The notes under the pieces were generated by a model. It made no database searches, was not told where the DNA came from, and saw only the letters and a program-made list of their open reading frames with translations. This document shows, in pieces, positions 62,422-64,000 of a stretch of DNA of 64,000 nt; the stretch's first letter is position 1; every line of letters starts with the position of its first letter. Both the position numbers and the translations under genes were made by a program. This DNA is from Bugula neritina (taxonomy: Eukaryota > Animalia > Bryozoa): positions 9,045,150 through 9,109,149 of the forward strand of contig OZ037772.1 in the NCBI GenBank assembly GCA_964035545.1, in the 5' to 3' direction.

Positions 62422-64000
62422 TGTTATGAGAAACAAGGCGAGAAATAAGGTAGAAGATAAGATAGCTTTATTGTAGTCCGAGTGATCCAATAATCTGTAT
62501 CCAGCGAGCTCCAGTAGTAGACTGAATCTACACTGAAACTCGCTGGCTTTTATATACATGCAGGACAAAGACATTCCTTTGTTTGCCGAGATCGGAGGCC
62601 TGAAATGCCGAATATCGGCACCTCGGGAATCCGAAATGCCAAATTTGGCATCTCGGCACTTCGGTATTCCGATATGCCCAGAATCGGCATATCGGTGTTT
62701 CAGAGGACCGAAGTGCCGATCTCGGCAACAAAGGACACACACACGCAACATAAATTTACCACACACACCCCCCATCGGAAAGCATGCTTTCCGATAAAGA
62801 GGCGTACACAACATCAAACACACAACAGGAATGACACGACAATAAAACACACAGTTGATAGGTAACATACAAAAAAACAATTACGGTAGCCATGCAGTGA
62901 TAATAATAAAAAAAACAAGGAAAATTGTGCACACATAAGAAAAACGGAGCATGGATAAGTACATAACATTACATGAAAGAATTTACATACACATAAAAAA
63001 ACAAAGAAATAAGAACAGGAAAAAAAAACAATATACAAACAGTCTCATTGGCGGTCCCCAGATCGGCCCTGCTCCAGGCGGCTTACACGTCTCCTGAGTT
63101 GCCCCAACTCCTCCTCATACCTGCGGAGCCGCCGGCGTAGGTGTTGTACTTCTTCCGCCAACTGGGCCGACGTCTGGTGTCTGGGGCGGTCGGTGGTACC
63201 ATGGCTGGGACGTCGCTGGCGGTACGTCTGCTTCTCGCCCGCCGCCGAGGGCCGGGGGCCCAGGTCCGATGAATCGGTCCTGGCGCCTAGTCCGACCCGT
63301 GCCAGCACGACCCGAAGTGGCTGGGTGGCTGCCGGTTGGGGTGTCGCGGCGGGCTCTCCTTCTTCCTCACGAACAGGCCTACACGCTGGGAATCCCAGAG
63401 CGAGAGCAGCCCGTTTATGGGGATCTGCCACGTGTGGCAATATCAGGTTCCGAAACTCGGGAAAAGAGGCCTGGTCTACAGCGAACGTGTAGCCCGTGTG
63501 GCAGTGAGCTATGCGTTGATGTCTCAACACATAGTCTCTCTAGTAAGAGAATTCGCCACACGGGCAAAACACGTTGATGTAGTGCTGTGGGGCGTGTACA
63601 CGTAACCGCCGTGCAGAGGAGAACTTCCTCTTGCACTGATGGCAGATGCGGTTGCCCGGCTCACCGCAAGCTTCACCAATCTTAAGATTGGTGGGTCCAG
63701 TCACCCAATACTGGCGGGCGACCAGGGCCCGAGGCAGGGCCAGTATTGGGGAGTCATCTTCTTCGGCTGTCAGGTGGTCGCCGTGTAGGATGCCCGGCTG
63801 CTCCCCGGCCATGAGCTGAAGCTCGACCGGTTTGGGGTCAGGGCCACTAACGATGGTGGAACACACCTCTGTGGAGGAGGTGGCGGCCTGCTGGCTGTGA
63901 GAAGCCGAAGCAGGGGCCAGTGGGAGAGGGGAGTCGGACTGACTGGCCTCCTCAATGTCCATACGCTCCTCTAGAACAGATAGTAGAGGCTGTGATAAGC
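62422..64000 (-). mobile_element. 3' end of a second copy of the Gypsy-type family: extra ORF, PPT and 3' LTR; runs off the window
   Basis: Clear similarity to 40628-41551. On the minus strand: G-rich PPT then TG at about 62767, TATATAAAAG at 62556-62547, AATAAA at 62472-62467, and ending in CA at 62422. Confidence 0.8.
63045..63962 (-). pseudogene. Retroelement accessory ORF with two C2H2-type zinc fingers and a C-terminal coiled coil; one premature stop
   Basis: ORFs 63540-63962 and 63045-63530 are in the same frame, separated by a single TAG (63540-63542). Motifs: CHQCKRKFSSARRLRVHAPQH, CPCGEFSY*RDYVLRHQRIAHCH, LAEEVQHLRRRLRRYEEELGQLRRRVSRLE. Confidence 0.8.

Overview
AT-rich, intron- and repeat-rich animal genomic DNA, most likely from a protostome invertebrate (inferred from the PsGEF-type gene and the repeat types). 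I could assemble two divergently transcribed, spliced host genes by hand with consistent splice phases. (1) Minus strand, about 34.3 kb down to at least 9.3 kb: a C2-PDZ-RhoGEF(DH)-PH protein of the PsGEF / RGS3-N-terminal family, 21 coding exons, at least 964 aa. (2) Plus strand, 37843 to at least 61695: an unusual protein with ankyrin repeats and two tandem STE11/MEKK2-3-like kinase domains, at least 838 aa. Kinase 1 looks like a pseudokinase (HRH instead of HRD, degenerate Gly loop); kinase 2 is an intact non-RD kinase (HGD). The 13.6-kb second intron of this gene holds a palindromic (TA)n block, two Gypsy remnants and a 7.4-kb Kolobok transposon (TTAA TSD, THAP-DDE transposase plus convergent KolX gene, both damaged). 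One Gypsy-type family occurs twice (40.6-44.0 kb and 62.4-64.0 kb). It carries an extra ORF after pol encoding C2H2 zinc fingers and a coiled coil, and the surviving LTR contains an array of TGCCGA/TCGGCA inverted half-sites. The remainder is MITEs, a decayed Tc1, tRNA-derived SINEs and micro/minisatellites. All calls come from reading the sequence by eye; no database searches were run.
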